Assembly: GCA_904063045.1 (NCBI GenBank)
Contig: CAJFCJ010000002.1
Location: 1,758,422-1,822,421 of the forward strand
Length of the DNA: 64,000 nt
Direction: 5' to 3'
Source of the DNA: Dimorphilus gyrociliatus
Lineage: Eukaryota; Animalia; Annelida
This document shows, piece by piece, positions 15,620-27,700 of this stretch. The translations under genes and the position numbers were made by a program. Position 1 is the stretch's first letter. Every line of letters starts with the position of its first letter. Below the pieces are notes generated by a model. It was not told where the DNA came from, did no database searches, and saw nothing but the letters and a program-made list of their open reading frames with translations.

Positions 15620-17311
15620 TTATTGATGTAACTGATGAGGATGATGATGATGCGGCGGAGGTGGGGGTGGAGGTGGTGGATGATATAATTCATGTAATGG
15701 CGGATGATAAGGCTGCATTTGATGAAGGCTAGGAGCTGGCGGAGGAGGTAGATGTGATTGCACGTAATAAGTCGGAATATTTGGTGCCATGTGATCAACA
15801 TAGGCCAAATGAGAAGGGGGGACGCAAAATTCTGAAGGAGGTCTCGGTTGTAGATGAACTTGATCTAGGCTTGGTGGAGGAGGAGGTGGAGGTGGTGGAG
15901 GGGGAATAGACATATGTTCTTGGTAGTCAAGTAGCTCATTGGCTTTTTCTCTCTTTCTGCCACCAATCCCGTGAGCTTTGTTTCTATGGCACCATAATGT
16001 ACACGGATGTTTGTAAGTTTGTCCGCAATCTTTACACTTGTATTTAGCAGTTGGTGAATGTAAATTAACATGAGCACGCAAATTTTTTCTATCGGCAAAT
16101 GACATACCACAATGCTGACAAATGTGGGGTTTTTGTCCAGCATGTCCATTCATATGAGCTTTCAACACGCTGAGAGCAGTAAATGATTTTCCACATGTAC
16201 TACAAAGGTACGGTCTTTCTCCAGTGTGTATCCTTGTATGAGAGTTATAAGTTGATTTACAAGTGAAGGTTTGTTTACATATAGAGCATTCATATGGCCT
16301 TTCTCCTGTATGCTGGCGTTTGTGCTTAACTAGGGCTCCTCGTTCACGATAAGCCTTGTTACAACCAGGCTCTTGGCAAACATATGGCTTTGCACCAGTA
16401 TGAGTATGGAGATGCAGTTTAAGGGCATGCTGCTCTAGAAATCCCTTGTTGCAAATAGAGCACTTGTGGGGTTTATATCCTGAATGTCTTTGTAAATGTT
16501 GAGTTAAACCATTTTTCTGAGCAAAAGATTTCCCGCATTCAGAACATTTATAAGGCTTTTCTCCAGTATGAATGACCATATGTCTTTTTAATAAAGCAGT
16601 CGATTTGAAAATTTTTGAGCACTCCGCGCATTTGAACGATCCAATTTTATTGTGTTCTGTTTTCGTATGTTTTTTTAGTTGATCCTTTGTTTCAAAAGTT
16701 ATGTTGCAAATAAGACAAATAATAGCGTCAGGACCTGCTTCTGTAGGTACTTTGACTTCTAGGGTAGATTTTTCCTTTTTTGTTGACGGTGCAGGCATTC
16801 TATCTTTATGCTGTCTAAGTTTATGAGCATATAATCCATTTTTCTGAGGAAAGTTTTGACCACAAAACTCACATTTGAAGGGTTTATCACCAGTATGAAT
16901 TACCATGTGATTTTTAACAGTACCAGCGTTAAAAAAATGTTTAAAGCATATTGGACATTTGTATCCTTTTTCATCCTTATGAGTCTGAGTGTGCACTTTT
17001 AACTTACCTTTAGTTGGAAAATTCTGTTTGCAAAGAACACAAGGGTATTTTTCATCTCTTCTCGGTCTCAGTACCATATTTTTATCATCGGTTGGATGAC
17101 TTTCGCTGTGTTTTTTAAATTCTGATGTTGACGAAAAGTGCTTGTTGCACTGTTTACACTTATAACTGACATCTAAAGAATGTTCATTGGAATAATGTTG
17201 TTTAGCAGACTCTTCGTTTTCTAATGCAATTCCACATAGAAAGCAAGATAAGCTTCTTGGTTGGTCATCATCAGATTCCGATGAAAAAGATGATTGGGAC
17301 GAGTCCGTCAT
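15620..17311 (-). CDS. C2H2 zinc-finger protein (14 fingers, Pro/His-rich tail), intronless
   Basis: 14 C-x2/4-C...H-x3/4-H units with TGEKPY-type linkers, an acidic N-terminus and a poly-Pro/His C-terminus. Confidence 0.92.
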   Translation of the reverse strand: MTDSSQSSFSSESDDDQPRSLSCFLCGIALENEESAKQHYSNEHSLDVSYKCKQCNKHFSSTSEFKKHSESHPTDDKNMVLRPRRDEKYPCVLCKQNFPTKGKLKVHTQTHKDEKGYKCPICFKHFFNAGTVKNHMVIHTGDKPFKCEFCGQNFPQKNGLYAHKLRQHKDRMPAPSTKKEKSTLEVKVPTEAGPDAIICLICNITFETKDQLKKHTKTEHNKIGSFKCAECSKIFKSTALLKRHMVIHTGEKPYKCSECGKSFAQKNGLTQHLQRHSGYKPHKCSICNKGFLEQHALKLHLHTHTGAKPYVCQEPGCNKAYRERGALVKHKRQHTGERPYECSICKQTFTCKSTYNSHTRIHTGERPYLCSTCGKSFTALSVLKAHMNGHAGQKPHICQHCGMSFADRKNLRAHVNLHSPTAKYKCKDCGQTYKHPCTLWCHRNKAHGIGGRKREKANELLDYQEHMSIPPPPPPPPPPPSLDQVHLQPRPPSEFCVPPSHLAYVDHMAPNIPTYYVQSHLPPPPAPSLHQMQPYHPPLHELYHPPPPPPPPPHHHHPHQLHQ

Positions 17312-17571
17312 TTCGACGGGTGCTAAATATTCGTCTCTTATTATAGGATAGAACAGCGCGGCCCCTAGATAAAGTAAGCGACTCCCAGATTTACATAGAA
17401 GACTAAGCGTAAAAGCTATTTTGTATCGACTTTTTCTAAGTTTAAAAAAAAGAGTTTAGACAAAAGCCAGAATTTTAATTTATTCTGTATGTATTATAAA
17501 TAAAGAAAATAACATTTGTTCTTTCGGAAAGCTACAGAACAATGTAATATGTAACAAAATCTATCCGTTTG

Positions 17572-19112
17572 TTAATCAGCATCGTCGAATTGACCATCGA
17601 CGATAACACTTTCCTCAATAGTTCTGGGAATATTATATTCAAGCTTAAAATTACCTTTTAATAGATTATGTAACGATTTTCCACCTTTTATAACGTCCGG
17701 TAAAAATTTTTTACCTGAATGCTTTTTCTTCCAGGGACAACTATGATTCACCTCCAAAGCAATGAAGTCTTGCATCAACGAAGTTTCAGCATCTTCAAAT
17801 CTTTCGTCAATAAATTCCTTTTCAGGTGTTGTTGCGCCCCATTCTTCTTCATCATCTTCCCAATTTTCTTCAAGTGTCGAAATACTATTTTTATTATCTT
17901 CACTGCAAACTTCATCTTGTTCCTCGTACCCTTAATACAATGAAATACTTAAAAACCTGTAATCTAAATGGAAGTTTATCAATATCTACCATGATCCTCT
18001 GCTGATTCATCATCTGATATATCGTTAAAAAAAACAATACTATTGCTTTCTTCAATAAAAGTATAGTTTTCATCAATTAAGATTCGTTTTAAATCTTCTT
18101 TGGTATTGCATAATGATTGAATTTTATTAAACATAAATAACTGAGAAAGAGGAATTTCGACCTTTGCACTAAAATCTTCAATATCTTTCGAAAGTAGCCT
18201 ACAATAATAGGAAACTTCTAGTAATAATTTATCCCTCTGCGAAATTTTAGCTTTTATTGGATAATTTGTTGTACAGATTTCCTCATAAGTTGTCTCTTTA
18301 ATATCTTTGAATGTAGTTTTAATTTGTAAATCAAAAGAGTCTTTTCTTCTAAACACTGCTATTTGTGAACAATATCCATACTTTTTAAGATCTTCATCAT
18401 TCGTCGTCCCAACACCATCGATTTTAGCGTCATATCCATAAGTTTCACACATTTCTGATACCCAATTCTTAAACTCCTCGCGAGTCCATTCAAATTTATG
18501 ATCGTGATGTCGAAATCCGGAGAGATTGTTAAAAAGAATATTAAAATCGCTATTTGGAGTTGTAATTATAACAAATTTAGGTCTAATTTTACCGAACACA
18601 ACGACAGGAAATTTTTTTAATGTTTCTTCGTATAAATGCTCGATAACCTCTATCATAGCAACTGCTTCAACATTCTGCAGGCTTTTGTCAAAATCCTCGA
18701 TAGATCCTTTCAGAAGCTATTAGATTAAAAAACTGTTCAAAATTAATGTTTTCCATATGAAATCTAAGCAGACCTTGGCAACTAAAGGGTTTTCTCTCCT
18801 ATTGTCATACATGAAACTTGAAGGTCCTGGTAAAATACAATTCTTATTCATTAAAAGACTAATTTCATCTATGTCAACACCATAAATCTCCTCTAATGAC
18901 GAATTGTAGCTCCTACAAAGCCTTGATACGAAGCGACACTCTGAACAACCAAAATCAACTAAACTTTTAATTTTGTTATCTAGAACAACTTTTGCAACAT
19001 AATCGTAACGTTGAAGAAATAGAAGTGGGGAAAATTTGGGCCCTTCAAGCAACGTTTCATCATCAACTTTTTTTGATTTATCAAACACCGTTTCCTTTGC
19101 TGGTGATAGCAT
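17572..19112 (-). CDS. HENMT1: Small-RNA 2'-O-methyltransferase HEN1, 3 exons
   Basis: FSPLLFLQRY, VDFGCSEC SAM motif, MIEVIEHL, ITTPNSDFN, FRHHDHKFEWTREEF. Acidic C-terminal extension in a third exon. Confidence 0.92.
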
Positions 19113-19391
19113 TCTAATGTCCTATTGAAAGTATTTCGCAATCAAAATTTTAAATATGAATTAGACTTTAGAGAAAATAATAAAGTTAGAGTTTTTTTTT
19201 TTGCATTCAAAGTAAAGCTATGCATAATATTATAATAACATTAATTTACTTTCTTTGCGTTAACAAATATAGCCCCTTTCTTAAAAGTGAAAATGAAGGT
19301 AACTGTTAGGTACTTCGAGAACACGCGATAGACTGCTATTTTTGCTTAAGCGGAAGTGAGAAAGAGACAGCGAAGTTTACAAAATTTCAAA

Positions 19392-20651
19392 ATGGCCCCC
19401 GCTGCTGAAAAACGTGCGTCGAAGAAACGCAAGTTATCTGGAGAGGACAATCCAAAGAAAACGAAAAGCCAAAAGCTTTCGAATGATAAAATTAAGGTTA
19501 ACTTTATATTTTTATTTTAGTGCATGATTTTTCAGTGATGTTAAATTTTAAGCCAATTCTATTTATTTCATTTATTATCACTCACAGAACTTATCGGGAG
19601 TGATATATGTTGGTCATATACCTCATGGTTTCTTTGAAAAGGAGATGAGAGAATATTTCTCTCAGTTTGGCCAGGTTAAACGATTACGGCTTGCCAGAAG
19701 TACTAAAGTAATTTAATTTTTTTCTAGACTTTAGTTGACAATATTAAATAAACTTTCTCTACAGAGTGGTAGAAGCAAAGGATATGGATTTATTCAATTT
19801 GCTCATGAAGATGCTGCCAGAATTGCTGCAGAAACTATGAATAATTATTTAATGTTTCAAAGACTAGTGAAATGTAGGTTAATTTGAATTATAGCATTAT
19901 AAAAATGTTAACACATTAACTACTATAGGCCACTATGTTGATAAAGTGCATCCTGATATTTTCAAAAGTAAGGCAGTTAATGGGAGAAGATTGGAACTCT
20001 TTAGACGAAATAAATTTAATCGTAAATTGGATGTTGAAGTAGAACGCAAAAAGATGATTAACATAAAAAAAAATATCGCAAAGAGGCTGGCTACTTTAAA
20101 AAAATTAGGCGTAACTTATGAAATTCTCTCAGTATGTGTAAAGAGTATTTGTCATTCAAAATATTATAATTAAAATATTTTCAATAGGTTAAAAATGAAG
20201 AATTTTTGAAAGATACTGGAAAGGAGTCTACAGAACAAGGTAACCTTTAGCAATAGATAATTTGTAAAAACGACTTCTAATAAGATATCTCATTGTTTAA
20301 ATAGCCGACAATGAAGGCGAGGAAAGTAACTCTGAATCTGAAAGTAAGTAAATTCCCGTGAAAGTTAAGTAATTAACAATAAACGAATGTTATTTTTCAA
20401 TCAAAGCTGAAGAAGTTACACCAGCCCAAGTTCAAGAAGCATTAGTTGCATTAAAGGAGAAATTACAGAAAAAGAAAAATACTAAAACAATGAAAAAGGC
20501 TAAGGGGAATGTAAACAAATTGCCTAAAAAAGTGACCGAGAAGAAAGGGAAAAGAAATTTTGAAAAGAAAAAGTTATTGTCTAAGAAACCTGCGCAAAAG
20601 CATGTATCGAAAGTAAAGAAAATCCAACAACCAAGAAAGTCCCTCAAGTAA
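19392..20651 (+). CDS. NIFK: MKI67 FHA-interacting nucleolar RRM protein (Nop15-like), multi-exon
   Basis: [61 protein letters not shown]; Lys-rich tail. Confidence 0.88.
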
Positions 20652-21015
20652 CTTTAATATGTTTTGCAAGCTTGCAATATTTAACTTGAAAAGCATTTTG
20701 TTAAATATATTTAATAATGAGTTACAGTACATGTTACAGTTGGTTAACCCGCATCATATAATTATTATAATAAAAAATGCTATAGAAAATGGACTATTTA
20801 CTCGTTTCCCATACGCAGTTTACACTATATGCACGTATAACCTCTTTTGGGTTATTGACATATATCAGCAGACTGCCACGTGACGATATCGCTTTTAAAA
20901 AATTGAGTTTCATTTAGTCTTGAGTTGTAAGCTAGTGACAATTGTCTTAACTACTGCTTTAAGAGCGAATATATAATTTATTTATTTTTGTGTGTAGAAA
21001 ACGTTTATTCAAATC

Positions 21016-23507
21016 ATGGGAGCAGAGCAAAGTATCGCTAAACGACATTACCAAATTAATAAGAGTCAGCATACCATTGTTTTTAATAAGAAGGTACCAC
21101 TTATCTTTGTTTTAGTAAAAAAATAATTACTAAAGTGATAACAATTATTAATTTTTACGTGTGTAGTTCGCTAATAAAGTTAAAGGTAAAGACAAAACAA
21201 AGAAAACTTCCCTCGACCTCTTTGATGCTGTAAGGGAGAGCATAATTGGTGATAAAGCTGCTTTTGATGGTCCATTTGGAACTAAGAATATTGTATATTG
21301 TGATCATGTTGCTTCAGGAAGGTATAGTTTTTGTTTTTCTTTTCATTTTAATTGTATTCAGAAAGATTAATACTCTTCTTTTTCTAATTTTTAGGAGTCT
21401 TAAATTCATAGAAGAATATATGCAAAATAAAGTTTATCCTTTTTATGCTAATACTCATACGACTACTTCAATATGTTCTCAACAAATATCTACATTTAGA
21501 AATGAAGCTAGGTAGAGTGTCTTGTCTTGTAAACAATACTAAATTAAACAGTTTTATCTATTATTTTATAGGCAAATAATCAAAACTTGCGTTAATGCTG
21601 GTCCTGACGACGTTTGCATTTTCACTGGTAGTGGAGCCACATCGGCTATACATAAGTTAGTAAATGCAATGGATGTTAGTAAAAGTGATGGTTCATTTGC
21701 TGTAATTGTTGGTCCTTATGAACATCATTCAAATATTTTACCATGGAAAGAGGCGGGAGCTAAGTTATGCAGAGCTAAGGAAAATAGTGATGGATTAGTA
21801 GATTTAAAGGATCTTGATAGATTGTTGAGTAAATTATCGGTAGATTATAAAACTATTGTAGCTTCATTTTCTGCGGCTAGTAATGTGACTGGTATATTAA
21901 GCGATACTGTTAAAATTTCTGGTAAGTAAATAGTCCACTGTGTTATTAGAAATCAATTATTACAACTCCTTCCTTTTTCATTTTCAAGAAATCGTTCACG
22001 AATACGGCGCATACGCCGTATTTGATTATGCTTGCGGGGCTCCGTATCTAAAAATTGATATGAATCCTGAGGGAAAAGGGTAAAAAGAAATTCAATCTCG
22101 TTTTAATAATCTAATCTTTACCCTTTAAAGTTATAAAGATGCCGTGTTTTGTTCACCCCATAAATTTGTTGGTGGTCCCCAAACTCCAGGTATATTGATT
22201 GCGAAGAAGGGCCTATTCAGAAATCATATACCGCACAATGCCGGAGGAGGAACTGTTTTATATGTAACAAAACAGACTTACGAATATCTTGATGATATCG
22301 AAGAAAGAGAGGAGGGAGGGACTCCTGCTATTTTAGAATCAATAAGAGCTGGTCTAATCTTTCAATTGAAAGATGCTCTAACCGAAGATGCTATTATTGA
22401 GAGAGAAATGTATTTAAAAGATAAAGCATTGAAAATTTGGTTAAAAAATAGGAATATACATATATTGGGAAACTGTGCATTAGATCGTTTGCCTATTTTT
22501 TCTTTTCTAATACGCCATCCAGGTGAGTGAACGTATTCTGTTCGACAAAACAAATATAATCACAATAAAAAATGACACAGAAACTGGTCTATTTCTACAT
22601 CATAACTTTATCAGTACTCTGCTTAACGATCTGTACGGAATTCAAGCCAGGGGTGGGTGTGCATGTGCAGGACCTTATGCACAAGATTTATTAAGTATAG
22701 ATAATGCTCTGGCTGAAAAATTGGTGGCCTTTTTAACTTGTAAAAGGGACGAACATGATGCTGTACTAAATACCAAACAAACTATGGAAATTATGAAACC
22801 TGGATTTACGAGATTAAATTTGGCTTTCTTCTTCGATGAACAAACTGTTCAGTATGTTATTAATGCTGTAGATAGAATAGCTTCATATGGTTGGATGTTG
22901 CTACCTTTTTACAAGTATGATGTTCACTCAGGCAACTGGAGCCATCGTTTTAGGGGTCCACAAAAGCTATCCTCCCTCTTAAACGTTATCTATAACTTTA
23001 AAAAAAAGGTTATCCGTGAAGAAATGGAAAATAAGTTGGATGTAATAGTCAAAGGAGATATTCCGTTCGAAATAATGACTGCTGAAGCTGAATGTTACTT
23101 TCAATTTGCAACTCAGCTTACTGAGAATTTAGATTTATCGGAAGATCCCAGTGTCGAAAAGTTTTTATCATCAGCAGATATTGAACTTGTATGGTTTCTT
23201 GAACCAAAAGAGGCTCTGCGAAGGTTACAAAATTTAGATGATAGTAAAAAATTAAATTCCAAAAGTTCACCTCTATTTAATGTCAAACGAGCAACCTTAG
23301 TTGAAAAGAAGAAAGCGTTTAGGAAGTCGTTAAGAATGAGTCGTAAGTTGATTATCTTTTTCTAAACATATTAAATCTAATGATATTTTTTAAATAGAAA
23401 ATCCACATGAATTATGGAATCTTACTCTGCAACAAACAAAAGATTCATCTTCTGTTTTTGAAGAACCGCATTGTAAATCCGATGAAGATGGCTCAAAGAG
23501 CGATTGA
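21016..23507 (+). CDS. Class V PLP-dependent aminotransferase / probable cysteine desulfurase (SufS/Csd-like), multi-exon
   Basis: VYCDHVASGR, YANTHT, FTGSGATSAI, GPYEHHSNILPWKE, FSAASNVTG, FDYACGAPY, SPHKFVGG (PLP lysine), EREEGGTP, QARGGCACAGPY. Confidence 0.88.
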
Positions 23508-23930
23508 AATCGCTCTCAGCGCTTTTAATTCAAAAAATATTTTATTTTTTTTTTACTTACAAAGCCATATGGAAGATTAAGAGATATATCTATACTTATA
23601 TATATATATATATATATATTTAATTTTTATTGGAAATTTTAATACAGTAACTATATTCATTTTAATCAAACAAACAAAAAAAAGAAAAAACAACAATATA
23701 TTGAACTTAATTTCTAGATTGGTCGGTATTAATTACCGGAAGTAGTGTATTTTCTTTCAGTTTTTTTTGTGTTCCAATGTAGAGGAATAGAGCTTTAGTT
23801 TTAATAAGTTTCTATCAAAATATAGTGCTTAAAAGAAAACTATTGTCTACTTTTAAAAACAATATATGTAAAGTGTATATTGTATCGTTCTAAATCTTAG
23901 AACAATAAATGAAACTAAGAAGTTAAAATT

Positions 23931-24414
23931 TTAGCTTTTTGCCGGTTTAGTTTCCACAAATCTTGGTAAGACTGGTAGAATGACGTTGCCAAAATTCGAT
24001 TCCTGTGTCACATAATAGCCGAAGGAAGACTCGTGAGCTTGTTTTAGCGCTTGTGATGCCGATCGACTAGCTCCCCCATTGTCACCTGGTAGCAGCATAG
24101 GATTTGGATTAGGTTGCGATTCTGGAACTAAGCTCTGATTCTGGGTAGCTGCTTTCAGTCGTCTCTTATCTTCATTTAGTTGTTCTAATATCCTACGACT
24201 TTGCTGCTCTTTAGCATAAAATGAATCCAGTAAAAATTACGATTAATTGATATTTATATATACTTTATAGTTATATGTATAAAATCGTTTGTTTTTTGAG
24301 TTTAAAAACTAATTACTTTCTAAAGAATAGAAAGTAAAATGTTTGATAACTTGTGCGTTGGTAAAGAATTTTATTACCTTGCTTTGCGGTGGGACCGTGA
24401 AAATCAATTGACAT
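23931..24414 (-). CDS. INIP: SOSS complex subunit C (INTS3/NABP-interacting protein), 2 exons; absent from the ORF track
   Basis: Exon 1 MSIDFHGPTAKQ (phase 1) splices to exon 2 EQQSRRILEQLNEDKRRL...QALKQAHESSFGYYVTQESNFGNVILPVLPRF. The C-terminal block matches the INIP signature YFITQDSAFGNLILPVLPR as I recall it. Confidence 0.85.
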
Positions 24415-24766
24415 AGTCCTGATTGTCTAATGTCTATTTAAAAATTTGGAAATATTTTAATTTAATTGGGGTTCTCACTGATTTGAACGATTTGTTATTC
24501 AAAAAATAAATAAAAATATCGAGGACCGGAACTTCGATCTCTGAACCAGTTTATTCCACCATTTTACTTATATTTTATAGATTCAAACCTAAGCGGTTAT
24601 ATAAAAATGGCGTGTAATAGGATTTTCATTAGAGGATGCCATTACTAAACTAATAGATTTAGTAGGAATAGTGCGTTTATGAAAATTATGTTACGTCGAT
24701 AAATATTCAACTTATCGAAAAAAATCACACTTTGCGGTCCGTTATATTGTAAAGAAGAAAAGGAAA

Positions 24767-27700
24767 ATGGGTGATTTCTTTAGGAGTGCCTTTGGCTACA
24801 TAGGTAATACAGTTTCAAGAGATGACAATGATTTTGTGGGACAACTCGTGGAAGTTGGACAACAGAGTCTCAAGATCAAGCGGCTTATTGCCGAAGGTAA
24901 ATACAACACTTATGAGCAATCAAGAAAAATAGATTCAATAGTTCATAACTAATATCAATTAATATTTACAGGCGGTTTCGCTTATGTATACGAAGCTGTA
25001 GATAATAAATCTGGTAAAGAGTACGCGCTTAAGGTTCTATTTCATCTTATCAATTACTCCCCCTCATTTTTACTTGACTCTTGAAAATTGATTTTTACAG
25101 AGATTATTAGCAGCAGATGATGAAAAGTGTAAAGCTATAGTCAGAGAAATTACATTTTTCGTAAGCCATTAATCCACATTGTTTATATAGCATTTTTCAT
25201 TTATTTGTTATTTTCATCCTTTCAGAAAAAGCTCTCTGGTCATCCAAATATTGTCAAATTTATGAACGCAGCGAGTATTGGGAAGAATGATTCTGGTCAT
25301 GGTCAAGCTGAATATTTACTTTTGACAGAATTATGTACAGGAGGACAATTAGTAGATGTCATTAACAAAAAAGAACGCTTAAAAGTCGAACAAATTCTTC
25401 CCTGTTTCTATCAAATATGCAATGCTGTACAGCACATGCATGATCAAAAGCCTCCAATTATACATAGAGATTTAAAGGTTCACTAATCGCAATTTACGAA
25501 TACGCAGAACCTTTTTAATCGATATTTTGACATTTTAGATCGAAAATGTGCTTATTAGTTCAAGTGGCCATATGAAGCTATGCGATTTTGGAAGTGCTAC
25601 TGTTCAAGTATTCGAGCCTGATCCTAGTTGGTCGGTAAATAAGAGAAATCTTATAGAAGAAGAAGTAAGTTGTTTTTATTTGGTCAAATAGCTTATTTAT
25701 TTTTCGATGTCAATTATAGCTTGCTAAACATACAACACCAATGTATAGAACGCCAGAAATTTTAGATCTTTTTCTCAATTATCCTATTAATCATCAATCA
25801 GATATATGGGTACGTTGTTTATAAATATACTTAATCATATAATTTAGACTATATATATATATATATATATTGTTTCTAGGCACTTGGTTGTGTCCTATTT
25901 ATGTTATGTTTCCTCGAGCATCCCTATGAAGATTCAGCTAAATTAAGAATACTGAATGCTAATTATAAAATACCTCATGGAGATACAGTTTACAAATGTT
26001 TTCATGACCTCATTAGTAAGTATTTTTTTGAAAAGCCTATAAATATAAATGTATGTTAGAGAGCGTTCTTTTCTTTTTTTTATAATAAGGGCGATGTTCT
26101 CTTAAGACAATGTTCTATACTAGTCTATAAAGTTATTGAATTTGTTATTTTTTTTTAAAAGGAGCATCTTTTAATGTGGATCCAAGGGAGAGACCAACCA
26201 TTCACGTTATTATGGCCCAGATGGAAGAAATAGCCGCAGTTTCATCAGTTAATTTACAATCACCCTTTATAGGTATTACGAATAGTAATATTACTCCTGA
26301 ATCTAATCGTCAAGCTGGGCGTAAGTAATTTTGATTGATTATTAGATTACAAAAGTTAATAAGTCTTTTGCCTCTATTTTGATAGAAACAAATTATTATA
26401 ATCAAGATGATGGACGCCCGTCACCTAAAAATGATAATATGGGCGGAATGGCTCAATCTTCAATGGGTTCATTGTTTAACTCTCTTAGAGGTGGTGCAGC
26501 AAATCTTATGAAAAATGTTAAAGATGCTTCTAGTAAAGTTATGGAAACAGTACAGACAATGAGTAAAGCAGATGGTTTAGATATATCTTATATTACAGCA
26601 CGGATAATTGGTAATAATCGTACTATTAGCAATTACATATATATTATAAAGTACAGTAGTATTTATTAATAAACTAATTATTCTGTCTCTCTTCTAAATT
26701 ATTAGCTATGTCTTATCCTGCCGAAGGAATGGAAGCAGCAATTAAAAATAATATAGATGACGTTCGAGTATTCTTAGACGCTAGACATTCCAACTCTTTT
26801 GCGGTTTATAATTTAACCCATAGAACTTATCGACACGGAAAATTTGAGAATAGGGTTTGTTTTTTCTCTTAATCAATTAAGATTGTATTTAATTGCCTTA
26901 TTATTAATTATTGTTAAGTTTAATGTAAATTGACTATGATTTGTTTTTTGAAAATATATAAAGGTTTCTGAATTGGATTGGCAACCAAAAAGAGCTCCAC
27001 CGTTTAGTAGTTTACTAAACGTTTGTAAAAATATGCATTTATGGTTACGCCAGGGAGGTAGAAACGTTTGCGTTCTGCATTGTTTGGTAAGTCAATATTT
27101 TTATTTTCTTGATATTATCTCTCTACGGTTGATATTTGTTTGTATTATAGGACGGCAAATCAAATACGGCCTTCGCAGTTGCCGCTGTTCTATGCTACTG
27201 CAGATTATTTGACAAACCTAGTCAAGCTCTTCAATTATTTGCTGCCGCTAGGGGACCCCCGTTAATTCAACCTTCACACGAGCGGTTTGTTCATTGATAT
27301 TGTTTGATTTCTCTTTATTTTTATTTTATTTCATCATTTAGATACGTTCAATACATTTGTGATATGGTTGGAGAAGAGAATTACATTCCACACTCAAAAT
27401 ACGTTAATCTGAACAGATTAGTTATGGCTCCAGTACCACTTTTCAATAGATCAAAAAGCGGTTGTAGGCCTTTTGTAGAAGTTTTTATGGGTGATGAAAG
27501 GGTATTAACCACAAGTATTGAATATGACAAAATGAGGTATTTGATAAAATGATTAAATAATTAAATATTTATCTAGTTTTCTTTTTATAGAATGTTCTCT
27601 GTTGATGATTCTCATATAAGCATTCCAATAAGTTGTCAAGTATGTGGGGATGTTACAATTGTTGTTTATCATGCACGTTCAACACTTGGGGGTAAAGTAC

